Shown here: positions 11,507-22,595 of the stretch, piece by piece
Numbering within the stretch: the stretch's first letter is position 1
Layout of the letters: every line of letters begins with the position of its first letter
Assembly (NCBI RefSeq): GCF_000372725.1
Contig: NW_005201392.1
Span: forward strand, 475,660-539,659
Length of the DNA stretch: 64,000 nucleotides
DNA from: Emiliania huxleyi CCMP1516
Taxonomy: Eukaryota
Reading direction: 5' to 3'
Notes under the pieces: model-generated
Told to the model about the DNA's origin: nothing
Seen by the model: only the letters and a program-made list of their open reading frames with translations
Databases searched by the model: none
Made by a program: the position numbers and the translations under genes

Positions 11507-12391
11507 ATGCCACTGCTCGTCGCTCTCCCCAAGTCCTCCTCGGACTCGGCAGCCGCATCTATCGCCTCAATGGGAAACCTGTCGTGGACACAGGAGCGCT
11601 TCCGCGGAATGTGCATGGTGCACTGGGATTCAGCAAGCAAGCGGCTGTACGGGTCGCTGCATCATGCAGATATGTGCAACGTGCACCCTCTGCGGATCAA
11701 GGCGTGGCAGTCCAACGAGAAAACGTTGTACAAGCAGCACCTGCCACCGACCAAGGCGGCGGTGCAGGCGGCGCTCGCTAACGGCTCGAAGACAATCGTC
11801 CTCCTCCGTAACCCGTGGTATGCGGCCGAATCCGACTGCGAGTCAGCCAGGGCGGGGGGCATGTGGCTCCACCAGACGAAGGAGAGCCACCTCGCTCATA
11901 AGCTGCTCGCGTACCGCGCGTTCGCCCGTGGCTGGCGCGATGCAGCCGCGGAGTATCCCGAGCAGATCCAACTGATCGAGTTCGACTCCCTGCAGGCTAG
12001 CAACTCCAGCCGCGAAGCTGCCTTTTCCTTGGCCCTGCGATTCTGGGGCATGCCGCGAGTGAGACCGTTTCGCGACTTTCACCACCACTACATGCATTGC
12101 GGGCATGCCTCCTGCTACCACGACATGCGCAACGATTCGGAGCTCGCCGCGACCCAAGCGCAGCTCGAGGCTGCTGGCGACGCGGAGGAGTGGTACCATT
12201 GGGCTGGTGGGTCAGATGAGATGGCTGGAGGCGCGGTGAGGGGGCTTCGAGGGGCGAACAAGTGCGCGATCTCACATAAGCTCGGCTCCCTCGATGAATA
12301 CGAGGCGGCCCTCAGAAAGCGAGAGGCCGCCAAACGCGCTCCGCCCTCGGACGCCGCCTCCAACGACCCCACAGCGGCAGTTCAGCCATGA
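11507..12391 (+). CDS. Sulfotransferase-like protein
   Basis: 5'PSB-like LLVALPKSSS, 3'PB-like KTIVLLRNP..S, QIQLIEFDSL; uninterrupted frame. Confidence 0.55.
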   Translation: MPLLVALPKSSSDSAAASIASMGNLSWTQERFRGMCMVHWDSASKRLYGSLHHADMCNVHPLRIKAWQSNEKTLYKQHLPPTKAAVQAALANGSKTIVLLRNPWYAAESDCESARAGGMWLHQTKESHLAHKLLAYRAFARGWRDAAAEYPEQIQLIEFDSLQASNSSREAAFSLALRFWGMPRVRPFRDFHHHYMHCGHASCYHDMRNDSELAATQAQLEAAGDAEEWYHWAGGSDEMAGGAVRGLRGANKCAISHKLGSLDEYEAALRKREAAKRAPPSDAASNDPTAAVQP

Positions 12392-12700
12392 CATCGGCCC
12401 ATGAGTTCTCGAGATCGGTCATGTCATTCAGTTTCGAGTACGTTATTTCTTCTCGATAACACGGTCTGTGAAGCGGGATTCGTGGCCGTCTCACGACCCT
12501 CTCCCGCCACACCTCCCCTCTCGCCTCCCCCGCCACCACCTCCCCGCCTCTCCCCAGCCACACCCTGCGCCAGCGGTCTCAGCTCTAGCTCTCTCCACCG
12601 TTTGGGCCTTGGCCTTGCCCAGCGGGCGGGAGCTGTCGGTCGTACTGAGGCTCACCTCTGCCGCCGCCAGCTCTCTCCCCGTCTCGCCGCGACGCGGCCT

Positions 12701-15700
12701 TCAGGTCCGGCCGCCAACGAGCCGCTTCGCGCCTGGAGGCTTGGCCATCTTCGTCTTCTTTGGCGGCCGCGGCCGGGCGCCGCCGACCTCCTCCGCATCC
12801 TCAAACTGCGTGCACCGGTAGAGGGGGGCTGGCGCTTGCAGCTGGCCCAGCACGCGGCGCGCCCGTTCGTCACGGTCGCCGTCCTCGGCCGCCATCTTGC
12901 CTTGTCCGCTGTCGTCGCGGGCGGGGGCGGCGCCCCGCCGCCCCGCGCGCCGCTTGGTCTCAGGCGCGGGCGCGTCAAAGTCCTCGCCCGACTCGGACGC
13001 GGCCTCGCAAGCCTCGCAAGCCTCGCCCCGCCCTCGCCCCGCCCGCTCGTCTCCCGGATCGTTCGACGACGTGTCCGACTCGCCCCGCTCGCCGCCGGAC
13101 GGGCGCACGGCGTCGAGCAGCCGAGCGACGCTGTCCAGCGTGCTGCCCTTGAGGCCGCTGGCCTGCTTCGCCGCGCGCACGTGCTGGGCCAAGCCCTTCT
13201 TGACCTGCTCGTCGCGGCGGCAGAGCACGAGGAGCGGCGTGGTGGAGGCATCGCTTGCCCCTACCGCGTACAGCGGAACGAGTCACGGTGTGGAGGTCAC
13301 GGCGTGGGCCGGCTGCCGAATCTCGAGCCGCGCGCGTGCCTGCTGTCGCGCCGCCCTCCGCTGCGTCGGCGTCGGCGTCGTCTCTCGCCTGGCCGCCGCC
13401 GAGAGCGCCGAGGGCGGCGGCCAAGCTGCGGTCCGACGGCGGCCACGAGGCGGCGAGCGTGGCGAGGTTGCGGCGCAGCACCTTGGGCGGCTGGACGAGC
13501 TTGGACATGGCTTGCACCAGCGCCTCGCCGACCTGTGGTAGTAGTCCAACCTTGGTTCAGATCGGACCCCCATCCACGCCCAAGAAACTATAGCGGACAA
13601 GAGACGACCTGTGCCAGATCGGCCGCCCGCGCCGCCACGACGGTCGGGAGGAGCAGCGCGACGAGGCGCGCGAAGAGGGGCTGGGCTGCCGTGTGGCAGA
13701 GCGGCAGCAGTGCGGCGTAGGCAAGGCGGCACCAGCGGGAGCCCTCGTGCTTCATGACGGCGTGCACGCAGCCCCAAGCCCGGGCCGCGAGCTGCGGGTC
13801 CGGGTCGAGCAGGCAGGGGAGCACGAGCGGTAGCTCCGTCGCCGCCCGCAGCTTCCGCGCCGCGCACAAGTCGAGGAGGCTCGCGCCCGCCGCCCGCCGC
13901 AGCAGAGCGGGCGTGCCCTCCTCGCGCAGCGGGGCGCGCAGCGCCTCCTCGAGCAGGGGCTCCACGAGCCGCGGCACGCTCGCGACGAGCGACGCGACAG
14001 CGAGGCTCGCGCGCGAGCGGACCTCGGCCGGCTCGCTCCGCGCACACAGCGGCGCCAGGGTGGGGAGCAGCCCCTCGGCCACGCGAGGGTGGAGCTGCGC
14101 GATGCGGCCGAGAGAAGTCACCGCCGAGCAGCGCACCGGACAGGGCGTCGCGTGGTCAGTGGCGCAAGCCGCCAGACACGGCACAAATCTGCAGAACGGG
14201 TCTTCGTTGAGTGCCTCGAGCATCAGCCGCGCCTCCTCCTCCTCGAGGCGGGCGGAGGCGGACTCGCGTTCCATGTAGTCGTACTCGTCCAGCCCCTCAT
14301 GCGCCGGCGTGGGCGCGGGCGCGGCTTGCTGCTGCGCCACGGCCCTCGCCTCCCTCCGCAGAGCTTGCCCGGAGAGGAGGCTCGCCTCGCCGACCGAGCG
14401 GAGGAGCGCCGCCGCGGCGCGCGGGCACGACTGGCCCTGCGAGCGGAGCCGAGCGAGCGGCGAGGCGAGCGCAGCAATCGCGCCGTGGCGAGGCTGGAGG
14501 AAGAGCACCTCCAGCGCACGGCGCTCGGCACCCGCCACGGCCAGCTCCACGAAGTTGCCCTGCAGCACCTCTTGGAAGGACGCCACCTCCTGATTCGCCG
14601 CTCGGCTCCCTGCTTCGGCCTGGGCGCCCCGCCGCTGCACTGCCAGCGCGCTCAGCCGCAAGAGCGGGTCGAGGCACGCGAGCAAGTTCTTGGCCGCACC
14701 ACAGGCTTCCGCCGGGGGGGATTGGCACATCTTCGCCAGCTGGGCCACGATCCACTCGCTTGGCACCGCTTCCATTGCCTCGCCGCTTCCGCTCGCTGCC
14801 ACCGCGGCGAGCAGAGCGAACGCCCACGCTCTTTGGCTCCACGCGTCGGGAGCGATGGGGCGCTCTGCCTGCAGGAGCTCGTGTGCGAGCGAGTTGCACT
14901 CCACTTGCGTGAGGGCCAGTCCGCCCACCAGCGAGGGCGCAACGCTGGAGCAGACACCCAGATGCGTCGGCGTGGGCGCCGCCGCGAGGAGCTGCGCTGC
15001 AGTGCTGCGTGCGTCACCGGGCCGCACGACGAGGGTGCGCACGAGGTTGAACAGGGCGGCACGGCCGGGGGCTTCGGCAGGCGTGGACAGGGCGCGGTGG
15101 ATGACGCAGCCGACTCGCGCAGGCCCCAGCACCGCCCGCTCGAGGACCGTGAAGGCCTGGCCGGCTGGCGTGGCGGGCATTGCGGCGTGCAAGTCGAGTA
15201 AGTTGGTGAACTCGCCATCGATCGACTCGACCCACGCCTCGCACGCCGGGGCCAGCCGAGGAGCGCCGGCGTCCTCGCGTGCAGGGTCTGGCAGCGGCAA
15301 GGGCAGCGGCAGGCGGCGGAGGCCCCACGGGTTTGCGGCGATGAGCGCCTGGATCGCGAGGCCGAGGCTGCAGATGAAGGGCTTGTGGCCAGAGCTGATG
15401 GCGTCGCGGATGGTCTCGAGGAGAGCGTGCGAACACTCTGCAAAGCCTTCCGCATTGCCCTCTGCAGCGGCCGCTTGGGTGGCGGCTGCGTCGGCCGGGC
15501 CCCAGGCGCGCATCTCGGCCAACGCGGCGAGCGCCTTGAGCGCCTGGGTCCGGCTGCTCGGGTCGACATCGGAGCTCGAGGCGCGGGACTGCATCAGCGC
15601 CACGGCTTGGCGGAGGGACTGCCGCTCGAGGAGGTGAGCGGGAATGCCCTGCGCGCGCGGCACACAGGCGGGGGGGCGGTTGGAAGGTGTGTGGGGCAAC

Positions 15701-16582
15701 CAAGGGGATGCTTCAACATCGAAGGCCGAAAGGCACCTGCAGCGTTTGGAACACGAAATCGTGGCCCAAGCGCAAGGCAGCCTTGGCGGCGGCGGGCGGG
15801 CGGATGGATGCAACGGCGCTCGCGAGGGCCTCAGTCACGACTCCGCTGGCGAGGCTGGCGGCGGCGAGGGCCGGCGCCCGCTTCTGCACTTCGCCCAGGA
15901 ATTGTAGCATCGCGTTTGTCAGCGGCCCAGCGGCTGCACCCGCCGCTGCGGCCGAGGCGGCCACGTTCTGCACGACGAGGGAGATCAGGCTCGTCACGCC
16001 GGGAGACAGCCGGTGGCCGCCCTCGCTCGAGCTGATGGCGTCCGCGACGGCTTGGGCGACGGCCTCGTGCAGCGGCGCGCTCCGCGCGACGGCGTGCAGG
16101 AGGCTGTGCACGCTGTTGAGCCGGAGCAGGTGAGCAGAGAGGGCGACGACCGCGGGCCGGTTGACCTGGCGCTTTGCGAGGCCGGCGCCGGACAGCGCCG
16201 TGACGATGGCCTCGAGCGACGCGGCCGGGCTGCCGGAGACGCGGCGGCCGAGGAGGAATCGGTCGAGGGGCTCGGGAAGGACCGTCAGCGCCTGCGTCGA
16301 GTCGCCGCCGGCCGCGAGCGTCTGGAGGACGAGGCGGCACGTCACAGAGAGCAGCAGCACCCCGTGCGCCGGGTCGGAGGCCATCCTGAGTGCGGCCGCG
16401 AGCTGATCAACAACATCTGGCTGCGCCTTTTTCTCGACCGCCGCCGCGATGAGCGAGTGCCAGTCAGCCTCGCGGCAGAGCGCCTCGGACCCCGGCCGCA
16501 GCAGCCGCGCGATGGAGCCGGTGTTGGCGATTTCCGACGGCCGCGAGGGCGCATCGAGCGTCAGCCATCGTAGGCGATCCAT
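12701..16582 (-). CDS. HEAT-repeat condensin non-SMC subunit-like protein (Cnd1/CAP-D2/CAP-D3 family), about 4 exons
   Basis: VRCSAVTSLGRIA..VRSRASLAVASLVASVPRLVEP..LRRAAGASLLDL..CLLDPDPQLAARA resembles the Cnd1 domain; introns at ~15649-15736, ~13532-13608 and ~13260-13310. Confidence 0.6.
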
Positions 16583-16672
16583 TTTCTAGGCCGATTTTGA
16601 GCAACTTTCTCAGCGTGCCCGCACCCATTTTAGCACAGCGTCTCTTCACAGAAAGCATACGCTAGAGTTAGT

Positions 16673-16890
16673 GCACTTGGAGCACTTGGAGTGCAGTCGG
16701 TAGCCTCACATCCAGGGCCGGGGAGCTAAGAAGGGCACCCAGCGCGCAAGATGATCGGGATCGGGTTGCGGGCTAGAGAGCCCTAGCCCTGGGGGGTGCG
16801 CGTTGCTTCGCAGGGAAAGGGCCGTAAAGTAAACACGGTTCTCCGAGAGGGCTCCGTGTACCGGGTTTCCCCTTAACTGCAGAACGCCCC
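16673..16890 (+). repeat. Dispersed repeat module X
   Basis: GCACTTGGAGCACTTGGAGTGCAGTC..CCTCACATCCAGGGCCG.. also at 48061 (+) and 60480-60580 (-). Confidence 0.85.
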
Positions 16891-18072
16891 CTCTACTCGG
16901 AGCTAGTGTGGACAAGAGAGAAGTTTTATCAGCTGGTCGGCCGCCATTCGGGCCTCCCGGCCTGCTGCGGCGGCGCGGCCGGTCGAGGCCGGGCTCGGCC
17001 CGGCCCGCGACGGCTGGCCGCCGACGAGCGCGCTCGCGCTGCTCGTCAAAATGGCGGCGGTGGCGATTGCGGCGACGATCGTTCAGTCGTACAGCGCTCA
17101 GGCGTCTGTCATCTGTCGTCTGTTGTCGCATTTCGCACACGCGCGTCGCTCCGCGAGGGCATGAGCCTTCCGCGATTCAATCCCGCAGCCAAAAGTTTTG
17201 GCCGGCTCTACCATCGCGGCCGCAGCTGTTGAGCTCTTCAGAAGACTGGTGCCTCATATGCTGCCTCCCTGCGGATGCTGCCGGCGAGCCTGGCGGTCCG
17301 CTGTACTACAAGGAAGTGCTGACTCGAAGTCGATTCTACCTCGAATTCTTCTACCCCCACGACTCGGAACGCGAATGTGACAGGACCATCGGGTCCTTCA
17401 GCCACCAAAGCGAGATCACCCGAGAGCAGCTGAGTCTGCCTCTGGCCTCGCCTCCCTCTCCTTCAGGCATTCGTGGCATCCTATGGGTCGTCCAGAGTAT
17501 CGACCTCTGGCTTGTCAGCCGGTCATGATGTATGATGACGACCATGAAGTACAGCGATCGCCACCTCGCTGGCCTCTCCGCAAGGCCTCCCGACCGCGTC
17601 GAACTCACGGCGCGGGCTCTCTCGGCTACGGGACCGGCCCCAGCGTCGGCTGAGGGCTGACAAGCTGCCGAGCCCAAATCACTGTGAGAGTCGTGATTTG
17701 GTGTTTTCTTTGATCTCCACTGCGGGCGAGATGGCCAATGAGCGTCGATGGGGTGCCCTTCGCGACGGCGACGGCCGAAGAAAGTTTTTTTAATATGATA
17801 AAACTATTTTCGCAATAACAAGAAGAGAGAGAGATCTCTCTCTCAATAACAAGAGAGAGAGAGAGATTTTTAGCAATACCTTAAAGAGAGGTTACAGACA
17901 GGCGGGTAAGGTCCGTTAGCAATACCAAACAACTCTAACGCAAACAACAAGGTCTGAGAATGAACAAACAAACCGAACCCCCCTTCCATATGGCTGATTC
18001 CCAGACGGAGGATCCGCGCAATGGGTTTCTTCTTTCCGGCGAGCGAAGAAGAAGGCCGCTCGCCCGTGTTCG

Positions 18073-20827
18073 ATGGCGGCACCGCGCGGCTCCAGCGCTG
18101 CCGGCGGCGAGGACGCGTCGGCCACCTTCCTGCTGCTGTACGGCCCGCTGGTGCAGTTCAGCAGGCCGCCGGGCGCCCCCGAGCCGCAGGTCGTCGCCAT
18201 GCCTGCCGCGCTTCCGCTCAGCGTCGAGACGGTCTTCAGACACCCACCGAGCGCTCCGGTCCCCGAGTCGGTCGCCCACTTTTGCTTCTGCCCGCTGCTC
18301 AAGCTGCACGAGCCCTCCGAGCTCTCCTTCTGCCTCACCGACTCGTCGGGCGCTGAGTGCTTCGGGGTGTCGCTCCAGCTGCTCTGCCGGCACGAGTCGG
18401 CGGCGGCGCCAAAGCCGGACTCCGTGCGCCGCTCTGGCTCCCTGGCCGCCGCGGGGGCGCCTTCCACCGAGCCGCGCGTCCGCCACCGGCCCGTCGCCCT
18501 AGTGCTGCTCTCGCGCCGGCCGCTGCTCAGCGGCTTTGCGCGCGTGCTGCGCTCGCTCGCGCCCCTTGTGCGGCGGCTGCAGCGGCTTCCGACGACGAAG
18601 TCGCCGCGGCGGATCGAGGTGCGCGCCGGGCGGGACCGGAGCGGCGGCGGCCTCGGCCTCGTCCTCAACGGCTCCAACACCGTGATGGCGGTCCGAGAGC
18701 GGCTTGGTTGCGGCGGCGCGCGCATTTCTCTTTTGCGCAGCGCGGTGAGTTCCTCGATAGGTCGAGAGCGGGTCGGTCGCGGCGAGAGAGCGGCAGCTCC
18801 GGCCGGGAGACGTGATTGTGTCGGTGGACGGGGTCGATCTCGGCGGAAGGAGGCTCGCAGAGGCGCTGGCGGGCGAGGCGGCGGCGGCCGCTGCCGCAGC
18901 GGGAGGCGCTTCTGCAGCGCCTGGCGCTTCTGCAGCGCCTGGCGCTGCTGCAGCGGGGGGTCGGCCCTCCGGGGAGGGAGGAGATGTGCCTTCGGAGGAG
19001 CAGGCTCGCCCCGCCGCCGCGCCGCCGCCGGCCGTACCCCCGCCGGCCGCGTCTCCGGCGGGGCGGCTGCTTCTCGGCGTGCGGAGGACGCACGAGCGTC
19101 TGCAGGCGATTCTTTTCTCTGCACAGACGAGACGCAGGTCGCGTCGCTGTTTGGCAGAGCGATGTCTTTTCTCTGCAGGCCGAAGCGGCGGACGCAAAGC
19201 AGCTCGCGGCCCGCCGCGGCGCTCGTGCTGCGCCCCTCCCTCCTGGATCCTGCCCTGACCCCTTCCTCGAACCTTCTAGGCCGCCGCGGCTCTCGTGCTT
19301 CGCCGGATGGCTGCGCGGGAGGCGGACGTTGCTCCGGCTCGCCTCGAGCCCGAACTTTCCTGGAACGGCCCCTGAGCCTTCCCGGAGCCTGCCAGGCGGA
19401 CCTGCTCTGGCTCGCCTCCAACCCGTTTTGGACGGCGGCCCCGCTCGAGCCCCTCTTCCGCTCCCTCCACTATGGGGCGGCTGAGGTCGTCTCCCCGTTG
19501 CTCGGTCCGCTCCAGAATCGACAGTGAGTCATCAAGAATCAGTCCTCAGGTCGTGTATTTGCTGCTCGGCCTGCTCGCGGACCAAAAGCTGCTTCTCACC
19601 GCATCGGACCCCGCCGTGTTGGTGCCCGCCGCACAAGCGCTGCGCGCGCTGATGCTGCCGCTCGCGCACTCGGCGACGTGCGTCCCGTTCCTCCCTCTTG
19701 CCCGCCTCGCGCACTTCTGTGTCCGAAAAGGGATGGCTCCTGCGTCTAGGTACATCCCCTATTTCCCGCCGACTCTGCTCGCGCCGTCAGACATGGCGAG
19801 TCGCTCAATCTCGGAGCGCGGCATTTTTTCTTTTTTCCACCCGCCGCGCCGTTGCTCTCAAGGCGACGCTCATCTCGGAGAGCACCGCGCCGTACCTCAT
19901 CGGGGTGCACGCGAGCACGCTGCAGCCGCTGGTGGCGGAGGGACTCTCGCCGGAGGTGATCATCGCCGACTTTGACAACTGCCAAGACACTTCCGAGACA
20001 CTTCCGAGACACTTCCTAGGTGATCGTCGCCGACCTTGACAAGGGCGAGCTGCGGCCAGCGACTCTCGGCAGGCACGCCGAGGCCTTTCCTGCCTCTGTC
20101 CTCAAGATGGAGGCCGCGTTGCCCCCCGTCGGCGCCCTCGTGCGCCAGCTGCAAGTGCGTGTCCGCGACGCGTCCGCGACGCGTCCGAGACACGTCCCGT
20201 AGGCTCCCTCGTGCGCCAGCTGCAAGCTTGCGCGAGCGCGGACCGTTTCGACGAGACGACGGTGCAGGCGGCGTGCATGCAGTTCGTTGCTGATTTGGTC
20301 GACCCAGAGGCGACGCACAGACGCCTCCCAGACATCTCCCGGACACCTCCCGGATACCTCCGAGACACCTCCAAGACACCTCGCAGACATCTCGCGGACA
20401 CCTCCCAGACACCGCCCAGACACCTCCGAGACGCCACCACCACCTTCCCCACACCCGCACCCTCCCAGGCGGGCTTTCTCGCCGAGTCTGGTCACAGCGG
20501 GGACGTGGTCGCGCTCCAAAAGTGGCGCCAGCTCCTCTCCTTCGAGGAGGACGTGCGGCTGCGCTGCGAGCGAGACCGCGACGTTGCGCCGCACGCGCAC
20601 CTCCTCCGGCCAAAGCTGCGCGAGTCGCTCTCGCACTCCCTCGCCTCGGTCTGCGCGCAGCACACGCCCGGCCTCTCACCCTGACCTTTAGTACGACCCT
20701 GACTCTTGACTCTGACCCTGACCCTGACCCTGACCCTGACCCTTACCTTGACCCTAGGTCTGCGCGGAGCACACGCCCGGCCTCGCTCCCAGCTCTCGCT
20801 CGCGGCCGGTCGGGCTCACCCCCCTAG
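18073..20827 (+). CDS. DENN-domain Rab GEF-like protein with an inserted PDZ-like segment (multi-exon)
   Basis: uDENN ESVAHFCF..FCLTDSSGAECFGVSL; VALVLLSRRP; GLGLVL..GDVIVSVDG (PDZ-like); cDENN LLADQKLLLTAS..YIPYFP..APYLIGVH..VIVADLD. Confidence 0.8.
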
Positions 20828-20880
20828 ATGTCCAGGACACGCACCCTTGACTTCCCACTAGCGCTTCGAGAACACAGAGC

Positions 20881-21390
20881 CCTGGTAGTCCAACTCTCCT
20901 GGTAGTCCAACTCTCCTGGTAGTCCAACTCTCCTGGTAGTCCAACTCTCCTGGTAGTCCAACTCTCCTGGTAGTCCAACTCTCTTGGTAGTCCAACTCTC
21001 CTGGTAGTCCAACTCTCCTGGTAGTCCAACTCTCCTGGTAGTCCAACTCTCCTGGTAGTCCAACTCTCCTGGTAGTCCAACTCTCCTGGTAGTCCAACTC
21101 TCCTGGTAGTCCAACTCTCCTGGTAGTCCAACTCTCCTGGTAGTCCAACTCTCCTGGTAGTCCAACTCTCCTGGTAGTCCAACTCTCCTGGTAGTCCAAC
21201 TCTCCTGGTAGTCCAACTCTCCTGGTAGTCCAACTCTCCTGGTAGTCCAACTCTCCTGGTAGTCCAACTCTCCTGGTAGTCCAACTCTCCTGGTAGTCCA
21301 ACTCTCCTGGTAGTCCAACTCTCCTGGTAGTCCAACTCTCCTGGTAGTCCAACTCTCCTGGTAGTCCAACTCTCCTGGTAGTCCAACTCT
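20881..21390. repeat. Minisatellite: 30 x 17-bp CCTGGTAGTCCAACTCT
   Basis: Exactly 510 bp; the only variant seen is C>T at 20984; no spacers. Confidence 0.97.
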
Positions 21391-21392
21391 CT

Positions 21393-21995
21393 CGACAAGA
21401 CACGCGTGTAGGCCCTTCCTCGCGCTCTGCTACGCCGCCAAGCCCTTCCGCGAGTGGTGGGCGAGCGATGGCGCCTCACTCAGGCCCGAGGTACGGACGT
21501 GCCTGAGGTGCACCGCTCACCCACGCGCACCGGGCCTTGCACTTTCAATGCCGTGCCGGCTCCTGTCGTCTAGACGTGGAGTCGCGAGGGACCAGCCTGG
21601 CCCTTGCCCCACCACCTCGTGTGTGTGTGGAGACGTGTACCTTACCTGACCTCGTTTGCCTGAGGTACCGCGAGCACCAGCTCAATCTCGCGGACCACGT
21701 CGGCGACCACAAGCTCACCCTACAGCCACGGGACCGAACCCACACTGGGTTCGAGACGCTGGAGGGCATGGTACTAGGCGACCACAAGCGGGCGCTCGAC
21801 GCGGTCGAGACGTCGCTCTTCGCAGAGGTGTTCGAGCTGGAGCTCGAGCTGCTCGACGACGAACCCGACGAGCTGCAGGCGGCCGCCGCTGCTGCCCAAG
21901 CCGCCGGGAAGGTTGCCAAGGCTGCCGAGAAGGCCGCCGAGAAGGCTCTTCCCCAACTGCCGCCACCGCCGCCGCTTCCGCCGCCGCCGCCGCCT

Positions 21996-22047
<52 letters not shown>

Positions 22048-22217
22048 TGCCGCCGCCGCCGCCTGCCGACGACGAGGAGCCCTCCTCCCCTCCTCTGTCG
22101 TCGTCTCTGCCGCCGTCCAATGTCCCGGTGGCGCCAAGTCTCCCGCCACCCGCAGCGCCTCCCCAGCAGCTGGAGGAGCAAATAGACGCTGCAAATCCGC
22201 ACGCGATGGACCACTGA
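21393..22217 (+). pseudogene. 5'-truncated ORF of unknown function with a poly-Pro tail, containing intron 21508-21664
   Basis: Frame is open from the minisatellite edge to the stop at 22217 once 21508-21664 is spliced; no upstream ATG. Confidence 0.4.
21508..21664 (+). mobile_element. Introner-like intron, family A copy 1
   Basis: GT..AG; direct repeat TGCCTGAGGT at both junctions; body similar to 38249-38409. Confidence 0.75.
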
Positions 22218-22595
22218 GCGGGGAGTGTGAGCGGAGGCTGTTGGGTGTGTGTAGTAGTATACCAGATGCGCTGAGTTGGGCTATAGTATGTACATCGGCG
22301 TCCGTTTTTTTTCTACAGACTACACACGATTCTAGAGCCGTACCCGCACAGTCCCCACACTAGCCGGCGTACAGCCGTACCCACCCGACCGCCGGCGCCG
22401 CGGCGCGCACTCGCGCAGTGGCCAGTCCCAGTGCGGTGCGCGCCGCAAAACAGACCAAAACAGCGTGTATGCAATGTGAGTCCGAGCCGGGTGCGGCCGG
22501 GTGCGTGTGGGTCTGTGTGCGAGGCTCGCAGTAGACCCAAGACGAGAGGTGGGATTGAAAAGTGGAGGGGAGAGAAGTGCGTGCACGAGGGCGCG

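Noticed and set aside
20881..21390. CRISPR array, or real proteins from the three minus-strand repeat ORFs
   Set aside because: Units are contiguous with no spacers and no cas genes are present; the ORFs arise only because the 17-mer has no stop on that strand.
21515..21570. U1/U2 snRNA gene (TTGCAC loop-like motif)
   Set aside because: No Sm site, U1 5' ACTTACCTG start or U2 branch-pairing region in the right arrangement; better explained as an Introner body.
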